NCBI GenBank assembly: GCA_043827025.1
Contig: JBDRPL010000001.1
Location: 1-11,772 of the forward strand
Length of the DNA stretch: 11,772 bases
Direction of reading: 5' to 3'
From: Candidatus Micrarchaeota archaeon
Lineage (GTDB): Archaea; Micrarchaeota; Micrarchaeia; Anstonellales; Bilamarchaeaceae
A model generated the notes under the pieces. That model did no database searches and had not been told where the DNA came from. It was given only the letters and a program-made list of their open reading frames with translations. Of the stretch, positions 1 to 7,407 are shown one piece after another. Each line of letters starts with the position of its first letter. The stretch's first letter is position 1. The translations under genes were made by a program, and so were the position numbers.

Positions 1-2
1 TA

Positions 3-431
3 CAATTTACTCCTAATTTCAGAAAACCAGTATTTCTTCCAAGAGAAGTAAGGGAACTGTGCAAAACTGCATTTGAGCAGAAAGCAAGGGATCTGGGAAT
101 TACAATTTATTGTGTCAACTTTGGTCCTGACCATTGCCATCTTTTCATAGGCAATTGCAGAAATTATTCAGTGAGTGAACTGGTCCAGTATTTCAAAGGC
201 TATTCCTCTTATGTCATCAGAAAAAATCTCTGGAATGTTATTTCAAAATATGTCTGGGGAGAACATTTCTGGTCAGAGGGTTATTTCTATGAATCAACTG
301 GAAGAGTCACCTCTTCCTCAGTTCAGTTTTACATTGAAAGGCAACAGGGAAAACACTGGACAGAAGAAGAGCTATTGCAATTTGAACGCCCTGAGGACAA
401 ACAACAGACTTCGTTATCCTTTTATCTCTAA
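3..431 (+). CDS. tnpA: IS200/IS605 Y1 (HUH) transposase TnpA, 5'-truncated by the window edge
   Basis: The frame of ORF 171..431 is open back to position 3: QFTPNFRKPVF...GPDHCHLFIG (HUH motif, His codons 132 and 138)...FKGYSS...FWSEGYFYES...YIERQ (catalytic Tyr at codon 330). Confidence 0.93.
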   Translation, partial: QFTPNFRKPVFLPREVRELCKTAFEQKARDLGITIYCVNFGPDHCHLFIGNCRNYSVSELVQYFKGYSSYVIRKNLWNVISKYVWGEHFWSEGYFYESTGRVTSSSVQFYIERQQGKHWTEEELLQFERPEDKQQTSLSFYL

Positions 432-446
432 GTAATTAGGCTGACG

Positions 447-466
447 CCACGGGCTTCAGCCCGTGG
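447..466 (+). repeat. IS right-end subterminal palindrome (probable TnpA binding hairpin)
   Basis: CCACGGGC-TTCA-GCCCGTGG is a perfect 8-bp stem. Flanking CTGA (441-444) and TCAG (471-474) are also complementary. Confidence 0.85.
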
Positions 467-489
467 TAGTTCAGTGTTTTCAGTTTTTC

Positions 490-912
490 TTATTTCTTCT
501 GCCCACTTTCTATCTTTTCATCCTTAGGCTTCAGCATTGTTCTCGCAGTCAATGGCAAAGCTGGCGAAGGCAGGTTAATGGCGCGTGCAACCAACACTCC
601 ATTGAAGCACGAGCTTGAGCTTATCAAATCCAAAACAATTCCCTGCATTTCAACTGGCAGTTTTCGGGTTTTCTTCCATTCATCCATCAGTTTTTTTATT
701 TCGTCAGGAGTTCCTCCCACATAGACTTCTCCATAGAATTTCAGGTTTCCAATTCCAGGGTTGAATGTGGTATCATGTTCGAATTCGAGAATGGCTTCGT
801 TGTTTTCGCCTTTCATGTTTTTGACTGCTATGTTCACATCTATATTCTTGTATGGCACGAGCACCAGCTTGGTTGCCTCTACTTTCTTGAGGTCTATCCC
901 ATTTATGTTCAT
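490..912 (-). CDS. Hypothetical protein, 140 aa; beta-strand-rich N-half and helical C-half, possibly SecB-like fold
   Basis: Start moved to ATG 912 (MNINGID...) because AGGTGAT (917-923, minus strand) lies 4 nt upstream, with TATA-like TTTTAAAA at 946-953. Ends ...ARAINLPSPALP plus a charged tail. The fold is a guess. Confidence 0.75.
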   Translation of the reverse strand: MNINGIDLKKVEATKLVLVPYKNIDVNIAVKNMKGENNEAILEFEHDTTFNPGIGNLKFYGEVYVGGTPDEIKKLMDEWKKTRKLPVEMQGIVLDLISSSSCFNGVLVARAINLPSPALPLTARTMLKPKDEKIESGQKK

Positions 913-1089
913 CAATATCACCTGTAGATAGGTTATGGATAACGGTTTTAAAATCAATCCTTTGCAGAAATCTGCAGGTTTAAATAATCTTCACAACCAT
1001 ATTTGCCAATCCAACACTACTTTTATATTAAACATGATTATCCAGCCATACACACAACCTTTTTAAAGACTTTCATGCACAATGGGAGT
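913..1089. promoter_or_regulatory. Divergent promoter region
   Basis: TATA-like boxes at 946-953 (leftward gene) and TTTTTAAA at 1060-1067, about 25 nt before ATG 1090 (leaderless spacing). Inverted repeat TGCAGA-AA-TCTGCA at 963-976. Confidence 0.5.
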
Positions 1090-2460
1090 ATGACAAAATC
1101 CAAATCATTACAAGGGATTAGATTGGTTTCTCATGAAGTATATGAGAAGGCATCTACCAGAGTATCCAAATTCCTTTCTCAGTGTTTGCCTCCTGACAGG
1201 TTTGCCTATGCAGGCGCAAGTTCAGGTCAATCTATGACTTCTTTGCCTTCTTCATTATTCGGCAAGGGAAGCAATATCTTGATGATGAGTAGCCTTGGAT
1301 CAGATCCTGATATACCTGCCTTTGAACCTGCACAACCTCCGCAAGCTTCAGAATCAAGGCCTGTTGGCAATACACCTCAAATTCCTGATGGAGATGTTCT
1401 CGAGACACCACAACCTCAAACGCCTGGAGTGCCAAGAAGACTAAAATCAAGTCTGCCTAGAAAGGCGTTTTCACTTTTAAAATACCCTATACAACATCCT
1501 ATATTGGCTTCACTTTATCTTCTTGGAACTGACCTAGCTATTAGGATTCTGGGCGTTGGTTACGACGTAATGGGCGGACAGCCGATCCTACTCAAACAAA
1601 AAGGTGACGAATTATCTACCTTTTCAAAACCTTTTGTCGACACATGGGCAGATATAAAATCTGTTTTCTTCGGAGTGAAGGATTTCCTTATGTTGTCTCC
1701 TATAGGGAACTTGGTGTTGCCTGCAGTTTACGGAATTTATAAAAGTATTAATCTGTGGAAAGGAAGAAACATTGAATTGTCTGCTTTGGATCAGTCATAT
1801 AATGGTCTTTTGAGCACACATGATATTCCGCAAGAGGGGGTTAATTGTGTTGTGGATCCCCTATTCAGAAGCAGGTCATCTTCTATTTCTTTACTTTCAG
1901 TCTGGGGCCAGGTCAATATCCTAGGACAGACTGCCACGCTTTTATGTGCTATAAGAGCTGTTTCAACTTTTCCTGAAATGAAGGTAATTGCTGAAGCAGG
2001 CTATCAGATACAAAATGCACAGGACATTGGAGGATTTATTGTTGCAGGCCTTTTGACATTTGCTAGTGGAAAATTGCTCAGATGGAGACAAGGCGTTTCA
2101 AGCAGGGACTTCACAATTGGATTAGCCAATCTTGAGTTCCCACGACGTTCAGTAGGTTCAAGACAACCACCTGCTGTTGGTGGTATTTTTGGTGGGGATC
2201 AGGAGAGGACTTTTGACGATGATGGATCAGGATCCAAACAAACTACCATGCCGACTATTGCAGATGTTCAGCGTATTTTGGCAGATGGGAGATTTGATCC
2301 AGTGGAGCGTATTCGAAGTGCATGCGAAATGGCAGGGCAAATCGCTCAATCTGATGAGAGGAGTGGCAAATTGGCATTTGGTGCCATTTTGTCAGTTGTA
2401 CAATCAATTCCTGATATCAATCCCGAATTTATTGCGGGACTTAGAACAAAAGCATTTTAG
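1090..2460 (+). CDS. Hypothetical membrane protein (~456 aa) with a Pro/Ser/Gln-rich N-terminal region and 3-4 hydrophobic segments
   Basis: Long ORF filling the space between neighbours. Start chosen at ATG 1090 from TATA spacing; upstream alternatives exist to 1003. No motif recognised. Its stop overlaps the convergent trm56 stop at 2457-2460. Confidence 0.75.
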   Translation: MTKSKSLQGIRLVSHEVYEKASTRVSKFLSQCLPPDRFAYAGASSGQSMTSLPSSLFGKGSNILMMSSLGSDPDIPAFEPAQPPQASESRPVGNTPQIPDGDVLETPQPQTPGVPRRLKSSLPRKAFSLLKYPIQHPILASLYLLGTDLAIRILGVGYDVMGGQPILLKQKGDELSTFSKPFVDTWADIKSVFFGVKDFLMLSPIGNLVLPAVYGIYKSINLWKGRNIELSALDQSYNGLLSTHDIPQEGVNCVVDPLFRSRSSSISLLSVWGQVNILGQTATLLCAIRAVSTFPEMKVIAEAGYQIQNAQDIGGFIVAGLLTFASGKLLRWRQGVSSRDFTIGLANLEFPRRSVGSRQPPAVGGIFGGDQERTFDDDGSGSKQTTMPTIADVQRILADGRFDPVERIRSACEMAGQIAQSDERSGKLAFGAILSVVQSIPDINPEFIAGLRTKAF

Positions 2461-2975
2461 ATCCCAATCACTTTCTTTCCTTTTTCACTTGGTTCAATCC
2501 TTATTTTCGCATCCTTTAATTCTGTTTCCAATTCCTTTCCTTCGAAATATTCGTGCATGAATACTGCCAATGCTCCGACTTCTGAATGAGGTTGGTTAGT
2601 AACTGCAATGTTAAAATCAGCAATTTGGTAAACATCAGATGGCACTGCCTCACCACCGACAATTACCAGCAGGTTCTCATTTCTTCTAATTGAATCCATC
2701 TCTTTCTGCATCTGCAAACCGTACATCGTAAGATGAACTACAGAAAACCCATTTTCCTTGTATTTCCTTATCACAGGCATGTGGCTCTTTGCATACTCTA
2801 TCCAGAATTTTCCGCCCCATCTTCTGATTCGTTCAATGCTTTCTTCAAGCCCAGAGTCATGCTGGCCTGTATAAATGATGCCATCTGCACCGAATGCCCT
2901 TCCAACTAAACAGACATGCGTTGATATTCGTTCATCGCGCGGAAGCCTATGGCCAAGACGGAGTATTACTATCAT
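2457..2975 (-). CDS. trm56: tRNA (cytidine(56)-2'-O)-methyltransferase aTrm56 (SPOUT family)
   Basis: Signature motifs LRLGHRLPRDERISTHVCLVGRAFGA, RWGGKF, VHLTMYG, VIVGGEAVP, NIAVTNQPHSEVGALAVF. Confidence 0.96.
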   Translation of the reverse strand: MIVILRLGHRLPRDERISTHVCLVGRAFGADGIIYTGQHDSGLEESIERIRRWGGKFWIEYAKSHMPVIRKYKENGFSVVHLTMYGLQMQKEMDSIRRNENLLVIVGGEAVPSDVYQIADFNIAVTNQPHSEVGALAVFMHEYFEGKELETELKDAKIRIEPSEKGKKVIGI

Positions 2976-3036
2976 GATTATCCCACTATTCCATCAAGCG
3001 TTAATATTTAATACCTTGGTGGAATCTATATCCTGT
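2976..3036. promoter_or_regulatory. Compact bidirectional promoter for trm56 and the peptidase operon
   Basis: Only 61 bp separate the divergent ATGs. A central AT block TTAATATTTAATA (3001-3013) lies about 25-30 nt from each start, and no SD is seen for either gene. Confidence 0.55.
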
Positions 3037-3885
3037 ATGAATATCGAATCAATAATCTTCGGGCAAGGGCAGATGCCTCAGGAAATGCTTAGGATCGTTG
3101 TAGCATTCATTGGATTGCTTGCAGTGTCTTGGTATGACCTTTTCAATAAGAGGAACGTCCCGAATTCAGTGCTTTATGCTTTTTTTGCCATCGCAGTAAT
3201 CATCAATCTGCTCTTTCCAGGCAATCTTCTTGAATTCTCATTGATAGTGACGCTTTTTGTAGGGGGCATAAGCTATATTTTCTACAGGACAGGCCAGATA
3301 GGCGGGGCGGATGCAATAGTCATGACTGCACTGACACAATTACTACCAATTCATCCTTCATTTGCAGCCCTAAAGTTCAATTTCCCGTTCATACTATCAA
3401 TATTCCTTTTCTCAGGAATTGCATTTGTAATTTATTTCCTTGTTTATTTCATGTACAGGGTTTTCAAGGAAAAGCCTGAGCCAAAACCACTTTACCTGTT
3501 AATCCTGATTCCTTATCTCTTGTTTTCCTATATTTACATAAGTTCTCCACTGTTCTTTCCATTCTATTTCCTCATAATCTCATTGAGTTTCCTTTCCATA
3601 ATATTCTTCTACACTTACAAGGAAAGCATAACTAGGATGCTGTCTGAAGAATTGCCTTTGAAAGATGTCCAGGAAGAGGAGATACTTGCGTTGGATTTGA
3701 TGGATCAGAAAATGGTGAAGAAGTACAATCTCCAGAGGCTTGTGACCTCCAACGAACTGAACAAAATGAAAAAACTCAAGATAAAATCCGTTTTCGTTTA
3801 TACTAAACTCCCGCCTTTCCTTCCATTCATGTTGCTTGGTTTGATCCTTTCATTGCTTTTTGCACATTATTTGATTTTGTCATGA
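3037..3885 (+). CDS. A24-family prepilin/prearchaellin peptidase (FlaK/PibD-like GxGD-type aspartyl intramembrane protease)
   Basis: Catalytic Asp motifs SWYDLFNKRNVPN and IGGADAIV, C-terminal LPPFLPFMLLG, many TM helices. Start moved to ATG 3037 because the upstream part overlaps trm56. Confidence 0.88.
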   Translation: MNIESIIFGQGQMPQEMLRIVVAFIGLLAVSWYDLFNKRNVPNSVLYAFFAIAVIINLLFPGNLLEFSLIVTLFVGGISYIFYRTGQIGGADAIVMTALTQLLPIHPSFAALKFNFPFILSIFLFSGIAFVIYFLVYFMYRVFKEKPEPKPLYLLILIPYLLFSYIYISSPLFFPFYFLIISLSFLSIIFFYTYKESITRMLSEELPLKDVQEEEILALDLMDQKMVKKYNLQRLVTSNELNKMKKLKIKSVFVYTKLPPFLPFMLLGLILSLLFAHYLILS

Positions 3886-3894
3886 GGCAACAAC

Positions 3895-5088
3895 ATGGTT
3901 TCATTTCCACAGCTAATAGAATATGCGATTTGCTTCCTTGCGCTATACCTGACAATATTCTTTCTTTTGATCTTTCTCAAGAATAGGGATAACATCACAA
4001 AAGTTCCAAAGCCAAGAGAAGGCTGGAATCCAAAACTTTCAGTAATCGTCCCTGCGTACAACGAATCAGGGTTCATCAAGAAATGCATCCAATCCCTTCT
4101 TGATTCGGACCACAAGAACCTAGAAGTCATAGTTGTGGATGATGGATCAAAAGACAATACATTCGAGGTTGCAAGTTCAATAAACGATCCAAGGCTGAAG
4201 GTTTTCAGGAAGGAGAATTCAGGGAAAGCAAACAGCATGAACTTCGGCATAAAGAAAGCAACCGGCGAATTGATCGCAACAATGGATTCTGATTCATACA
4301 TTTCAAAAGACACCATCACCAAGATGCTTCCTCTTTTTGAGAATGATGAGATTGCTGCAGTGACTGCTGCAGTAAAGGTAATGGAAAAAGGTAAGGAGAA
4401 TAATTTTTGGGTACAGATACAGAGGGTTGAATATATCTTCACTCTTTTTTCAAGAAAGGTCTTCACATTTGTCGATGCAGTTTCAGTCACTCCTGGGCCT
4501 TTTAGTGTTTTTAGGTCATGGGTTTTCACAAGAGTTGGCTATTTCAATCCTAAGACCATTCTTGAAGATCAGGAGATGGCGCTAAGGATACAGGAAAAGA
4601 ATTACAAGATACGAAGTTCGCTTGATGCGGAGGTTTTCACAGAAGTTCCTGATAACTTCCTTGACTTGCTTAGCCAAAGAATCAGGTGGCACAGGGGGGG
4701 TTTGCATAACACTTTGAAATATCTTAATATGGTGGGCCCTCATTATGGTGACTTTGGACTCGTAGTAATGCCAATGACAATCATGGCAATTGTTGCAATC
4801 CTCATGGTTTTTCTTGTGGCGGGAGGTTATTATTTTGTGATGGCTTCTTATTCGGGTACTGTTGATTTCTTTGACATTTCAACCTGGATACGGCCCATAA
4901 ACTTCATTTTGGTTTGCCTTGCAGTGCTGAATTTCATTTGGATATTCTGGGGCCTGTCTTTTTTCAAGAGTGAGAAGATAAGCGCTTTCAAAGCCCTTTT
5001 ATATGTTGTTGCATATTCCTATCTGCTTACTATCTTCTGGATTGCGGTTTTCGTGAAGGAATTGAAATTTGAAAAAATGAGCTGGTGA
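3895..5088 (+). CDS. Membrane GT2 glycosyltransferase of processive polysaccharide-synthase type (PgaC/IcaA/BcsA-like)
   Basis: SVIVPAYNE, VVDDGSKD, GKANSMN, MDSDS (DxD), LED and QRIRW (QxxRW). One N-terminal and about three C-terminal TM helices. Confidence 0.92.
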   Translation: MVSFPQLIEYAICFLALYLTIFFLLIFLKNRDNITKVPKPREGWNPKLSVIVPAYNESGFIKKCIQSLLDSDHKNLEVIVVDDGSKDNTFEVASSINDPRLKVFRKENSGKANSMNFGIKKATGELIATMDSDSYISKDTITKMLPLFENDEIAAVTAAVKVMEKGKENNFWVQIQRVEYIFTLFSRKVFTFVDAVSVTPGPFSVFRSWVFTRVGYFNPKTILEDQEMALRIQEKNYKIRSSLDAEVFTEVPDNFLDLLSQRIRWHRGGLHNTLKYLNMVGPHYGDFGLVVMPMTIMAIVAILMVFLVAGGYYFVMASYSGTVDFFDISTWIRPINFILVCLAVLNFIWIFWGLSFFKSEKISAFKALLYVVAYSYLLTIFWIAVFVKELKFEKMSW

Positions 5089-5090
5089 TT

Positions 5091-5738
5091 ATGGAAAGGA
5101 AAGTGTCTTTGTCTTTGTATATTTTGGCCTTTGTTCTGGCAGTCATAATCTTTGCTTCAGGTGTTTTTGTAGCTGATGCCTTTTATTCATCAAGGACTGA
5201 AAAACTTTCTTTTGAGATATCTTCGCTTTCAGCCGAGCTCCAGACAGGCCAGCTCATACTTCTGTCAGATGACAGCAATTCTTTTTGTCCATTCTATAAG
5301 AGCCAGCTTGACAAGGTTGAGACAAGGGTGGCAAGCCTTGGTTCTGATTTGATTTATATGGAAGAAGTTCAAGGCATTGATAACACTGAATTGAAAAAGG
5401 AGTATTTTCTACTGCAGATTCAGGCATATTTCCTATCAGGAGAAGTCAACAAGCGTTGCAATCAGGGATACAAACTAGTGCTTTATTTCTATTCCAACAA
5501 TGACTGCTCTGACTGCGATAAGCAAGGAGATGAATTGACAAAAGCAAGGTTCGATCTCATTTCAAAAGGTATTAGTGTAAAAGTCTATTCTTTTGATGGG
5601 GCTGTGGATTCGCCTATTGTCAAATCATTAATAGACAAATATAAGATTTCTTCCTACCCTACTCTTATAGTTGGTAACAAGACATTTGTGGGTTACAGGA
5701 ACCAGCAACAGCTCATCTCGGAAATCCAGCAGTCCTAG
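5091..5738 (+). CDS. Membrane-anchored protein with a helical stalk and C-terminal thioredoxin-like CxxC domain
   Basis: N-terminal TM (YILAFVLAVIIFASGVFVA), LVLYFYSNNDCSDC, and YPTLIV at the cis-Pro loop position, plus two more Cys. Start is ATG 5091 or GTG 5085, which overlaps the GT2 stop. Confidence 0.8.
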   Translation: MERKVSLSLYILAFVLAVIIFASGVFVADAFYSSRTEKLSFEISSLSAELQTGQLILLSDDSNSFCPFYKSQLDKVETRVASLGSDLIYMEEVQGIDNTELKKEYFLLQIQAYFLSGEVNKRCNQGYKLVLYFYSNNDCSDCDKQGDELTKARFDLISKGISVKVYSFDGAVDSPIVKSLIDKYKISSYPTLIVGNKTFVGYRNQQQLISEIQQS

Positions 5739-5809
5739 CCCGATAGTTCTGCAGATCATTAGTTTTATTTAAAAGCTTATTCTTCGTATTTAATATCGGT
5801 GAAAAACAC

Positions 5810-6373
5810 ATGTTTGTATTAGTGCTTGGGGCATTGCTCGTGCTTATAGTGTTAGGGGCAATATTTGCAATTGGAGTATACAATACCTTGGTGACATACA
5901 GGAACCGTGTTGAGAATGCATGGTCACAGATAGATGTTCAGTTGAAAAGAAGGTATGATCTTATACCTAATCTTGTGCAGACTGTCAAGGGATATATGAA
6001 GCATGAGAAGACAACTCTTGAAAATGTCACTAAATACAGGGCGCAGCTTGTTACTGGCTCAGTTGCAGACAAGGCAAAGGCAGATGGAATGCTTACGCAG
6101 GCATTGAAATCTTTGTTTGCTGTTTCAGAAAACTATCCAAAACTGGTTGCAAACGAAAGTTTCAAAGCGCTTCAGGAAGAATTGGCAGGCACTGAGAACA
6201 AGATTGCATATGCAAGGCAGGCATACAATGACTCAGTTCTGCAGTATGACACTTACAAAGAAACTATTCCAGGAAGCCTTTTGGTAGGGTTTGGCAAGTT
6301 CCCTGAAATCGAATATTTCAAGGCACCTCAGGACGAGAAGATCAAGAAGGCCCCGAAAGTCGAATTCGATTGA
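5810..6373 (+). CDS. lemA: LemA family protein
   Basis: N-terminal TM then YNTLV..RNRVENAWSQIDVQLKRRYDLIPNLV.TVKGY..HEK, AVSENYPKL.AN..F..LQEEL..TENKIAYARQAYN. SD GGTGA at 5798-5802. Confidence 0.97.
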   Translation: MFVLVLGALLVLIVLGAIFAIGVYNTLVTYRNRVENAWSQIDVQLKRRYDLIPNLVQTVKGYMKHEKTTLENVTKYRAQLVTGSVADKAKADGMLTQALKSLFAVSENYPKLVANESFKALQEELAGTENKIAYARQAYNDSVLQYDTYKETIPGSLLVGFGKFPEIEYFKAPQDEKIKKAPKVEFD

Positions 6374-6389
6374 TCCAACGGTATGACGG

Positions 6390-7268
6390 ATGGCATTGGA
6401 AAAAGTAAATTTTTTCGACGAGATAAATCGAAACAAGAGGAATTCCCTCCTTCTTTTAATTTTCATGTTTTTAATATTTCTTGCATTGATAGCTGTTTTT
6501 ACATTTGCATTGAGGTTGGGCGTTTGTGGCTTGGCATTTGGATTCATCGTTTTGGTATTATATGCCATAATGGCTCATGCTTCAGGAGATAAAATAGTTC
6601 TATCGTTGAGCAAGGCTATTCTTGCAGATGAAAAGAAATATGCTGCGCTACATAATCATGTGGAAGGCATTGCCATTGCGGCGCAGGTTCCAAAGCCAAA
6701 AGTCTATATTATTCAGGATCGTGCTCCGAATGCATTTGCAACAGGCAGGGATCCGGAACATGCATCAATTGCAGTTACAACTGGGTTGCTTGAGATATGT
6801 AACAGGCAGGAAGTGGAAGGCGTCATAGCGCATGAGATGAGCCACGTGGCGAATTTCGACATAAGGTTTATGATGTATTCAGTTGTTTTCGCAGGGGCAA
6901 TAGTGCTTTTGGCAGACATCATGCTGCGTTCTTCTCTTCGTTCAGGAAGCAGAAAGGGCGGAGGCGGTCTGCTGATCATTGCAATATTCTTTGCAGTGCT
7001 TGCACCAATATTTTCAGAACTTATCAGGCTTGCGATTTCAAGGCAGAGGGAGTATCTTGCTGATGCCAATGGGGCTAGATTGACAAGATATCCTGAAGGT
7101 TTGGCAAGTGCTTTGAAGAAGATAGCAAAGCACGGTTCTGTGGTGAAGTCTGCAACTGATGCTACTGCTCCGCTTTATTTCGCAAAGCCAACCAAGCAAG
7201 GCATGATTCATTTGTTCAGTACTCATCCTCCTGTTGAGGATAGAGTGAAAAGATTGAGGGCGATGTAG
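6390..7268 (+). CDS. htpX: HtpX-like M48 zinc membrane metalloprotease
   Basis: PNAFATGRDP, IAVTTGLL, HEMSH (HExxH), SRQREYLADA, LASALKKI, FSTHPP. Usual lemA-htpX pairing with a 16-bp gap. Confidence 0.95.
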   Translation: MALEKVNFFDEINRNKRNSLLLLIFMFLIFLALIAVFTFALRLGVCGLAFGFIVLVLYAIMAHASGDKIVLSLSKAILADEKKYAALHNHVEGIAIAAQVPKPKVYIIQDRAPNAFATGRDPEHASIAVTTGLLEICNRQEVEGVIAHEMSHVANFDIRFMMYSVVFAGAIVLLADIMLRSSLRSGSRKGGGGLLIIAIFFAVLAPIFSELIRLAISRQREYLADANGARLTRYPEGLASALKKIAKHGSVVKSATDATAPLYFAKPTKQGMIHLFSTHPPVEDRVKRLRAM

Positions 7269-7294
7269 CTCTCGGCGGGTAAATTCTGCATAGC

Positions 7295-7407
7295 TTTAAA
7301 TATCTTTTATCCTTATCTTCATCTAACAAACATTTATACCGAGCCAACGAAAAATTTTGGCTCGTATATCCTCGACCTTTACTGGTCGAGTATAGGGTGA
7401 AAAATAC
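7295..7407 (+). promoter_or_regulatory. psmA promoter and structured 5' leader
   Basis: TATA box TTTAAATA 7295-7302, hairpins at 7335-7368 and 7371-7390, SD GGGTGA 7395-7400. Confidence 0.6.

Larger units (their letters stand above)
1..473 (+). mobile_element. IS200/IS605-family insertion sequence, right part (left end outside the window)
   Basis: Y1 transposase ORF is followed 15 nt after its stop by a GC-rich subterminal hairpin and TAGTTCA, resembling IS200/IS605 right ends. The exact end (~473) is inferred. Confidence 0.85.

Noticed and set aside
3..32. TnpA reads FTPNFRK where the family usually has P-K-Y-R, suggesting inactivation
   Set aside because: The HUH motif, catalytic Tyr and reading frame are intact, so this is not enough to call a pseudogene.
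175..435. Overlapping +1-frame ORF as a programmed frameshift partner of tnpA
   Set aside because: All TnpA motifs lie in a single frame and the alternative ORF has no recognisable motif.
470..488. TTCAGTGTT/TTCAGTTTT as a target-site duplication
   Set aside because: Y1 transposases do not make TSDs, both copies are on the same side of the element, and the match is short and T-rich.
2875..3036. N-terminal extension of the peptidase ORF (likewise the extensions to 957, 8556 and 9327)
   Set aside because: These extensions overlap neighbouring genes or promoter elements; downstream ATGs fit SD/TATA spacing and family starts better.
3867..4529. 220-aa minus-strand ORF
   Set aside because: Antisense shadow of the GT2 gene with no motifs or start signals.
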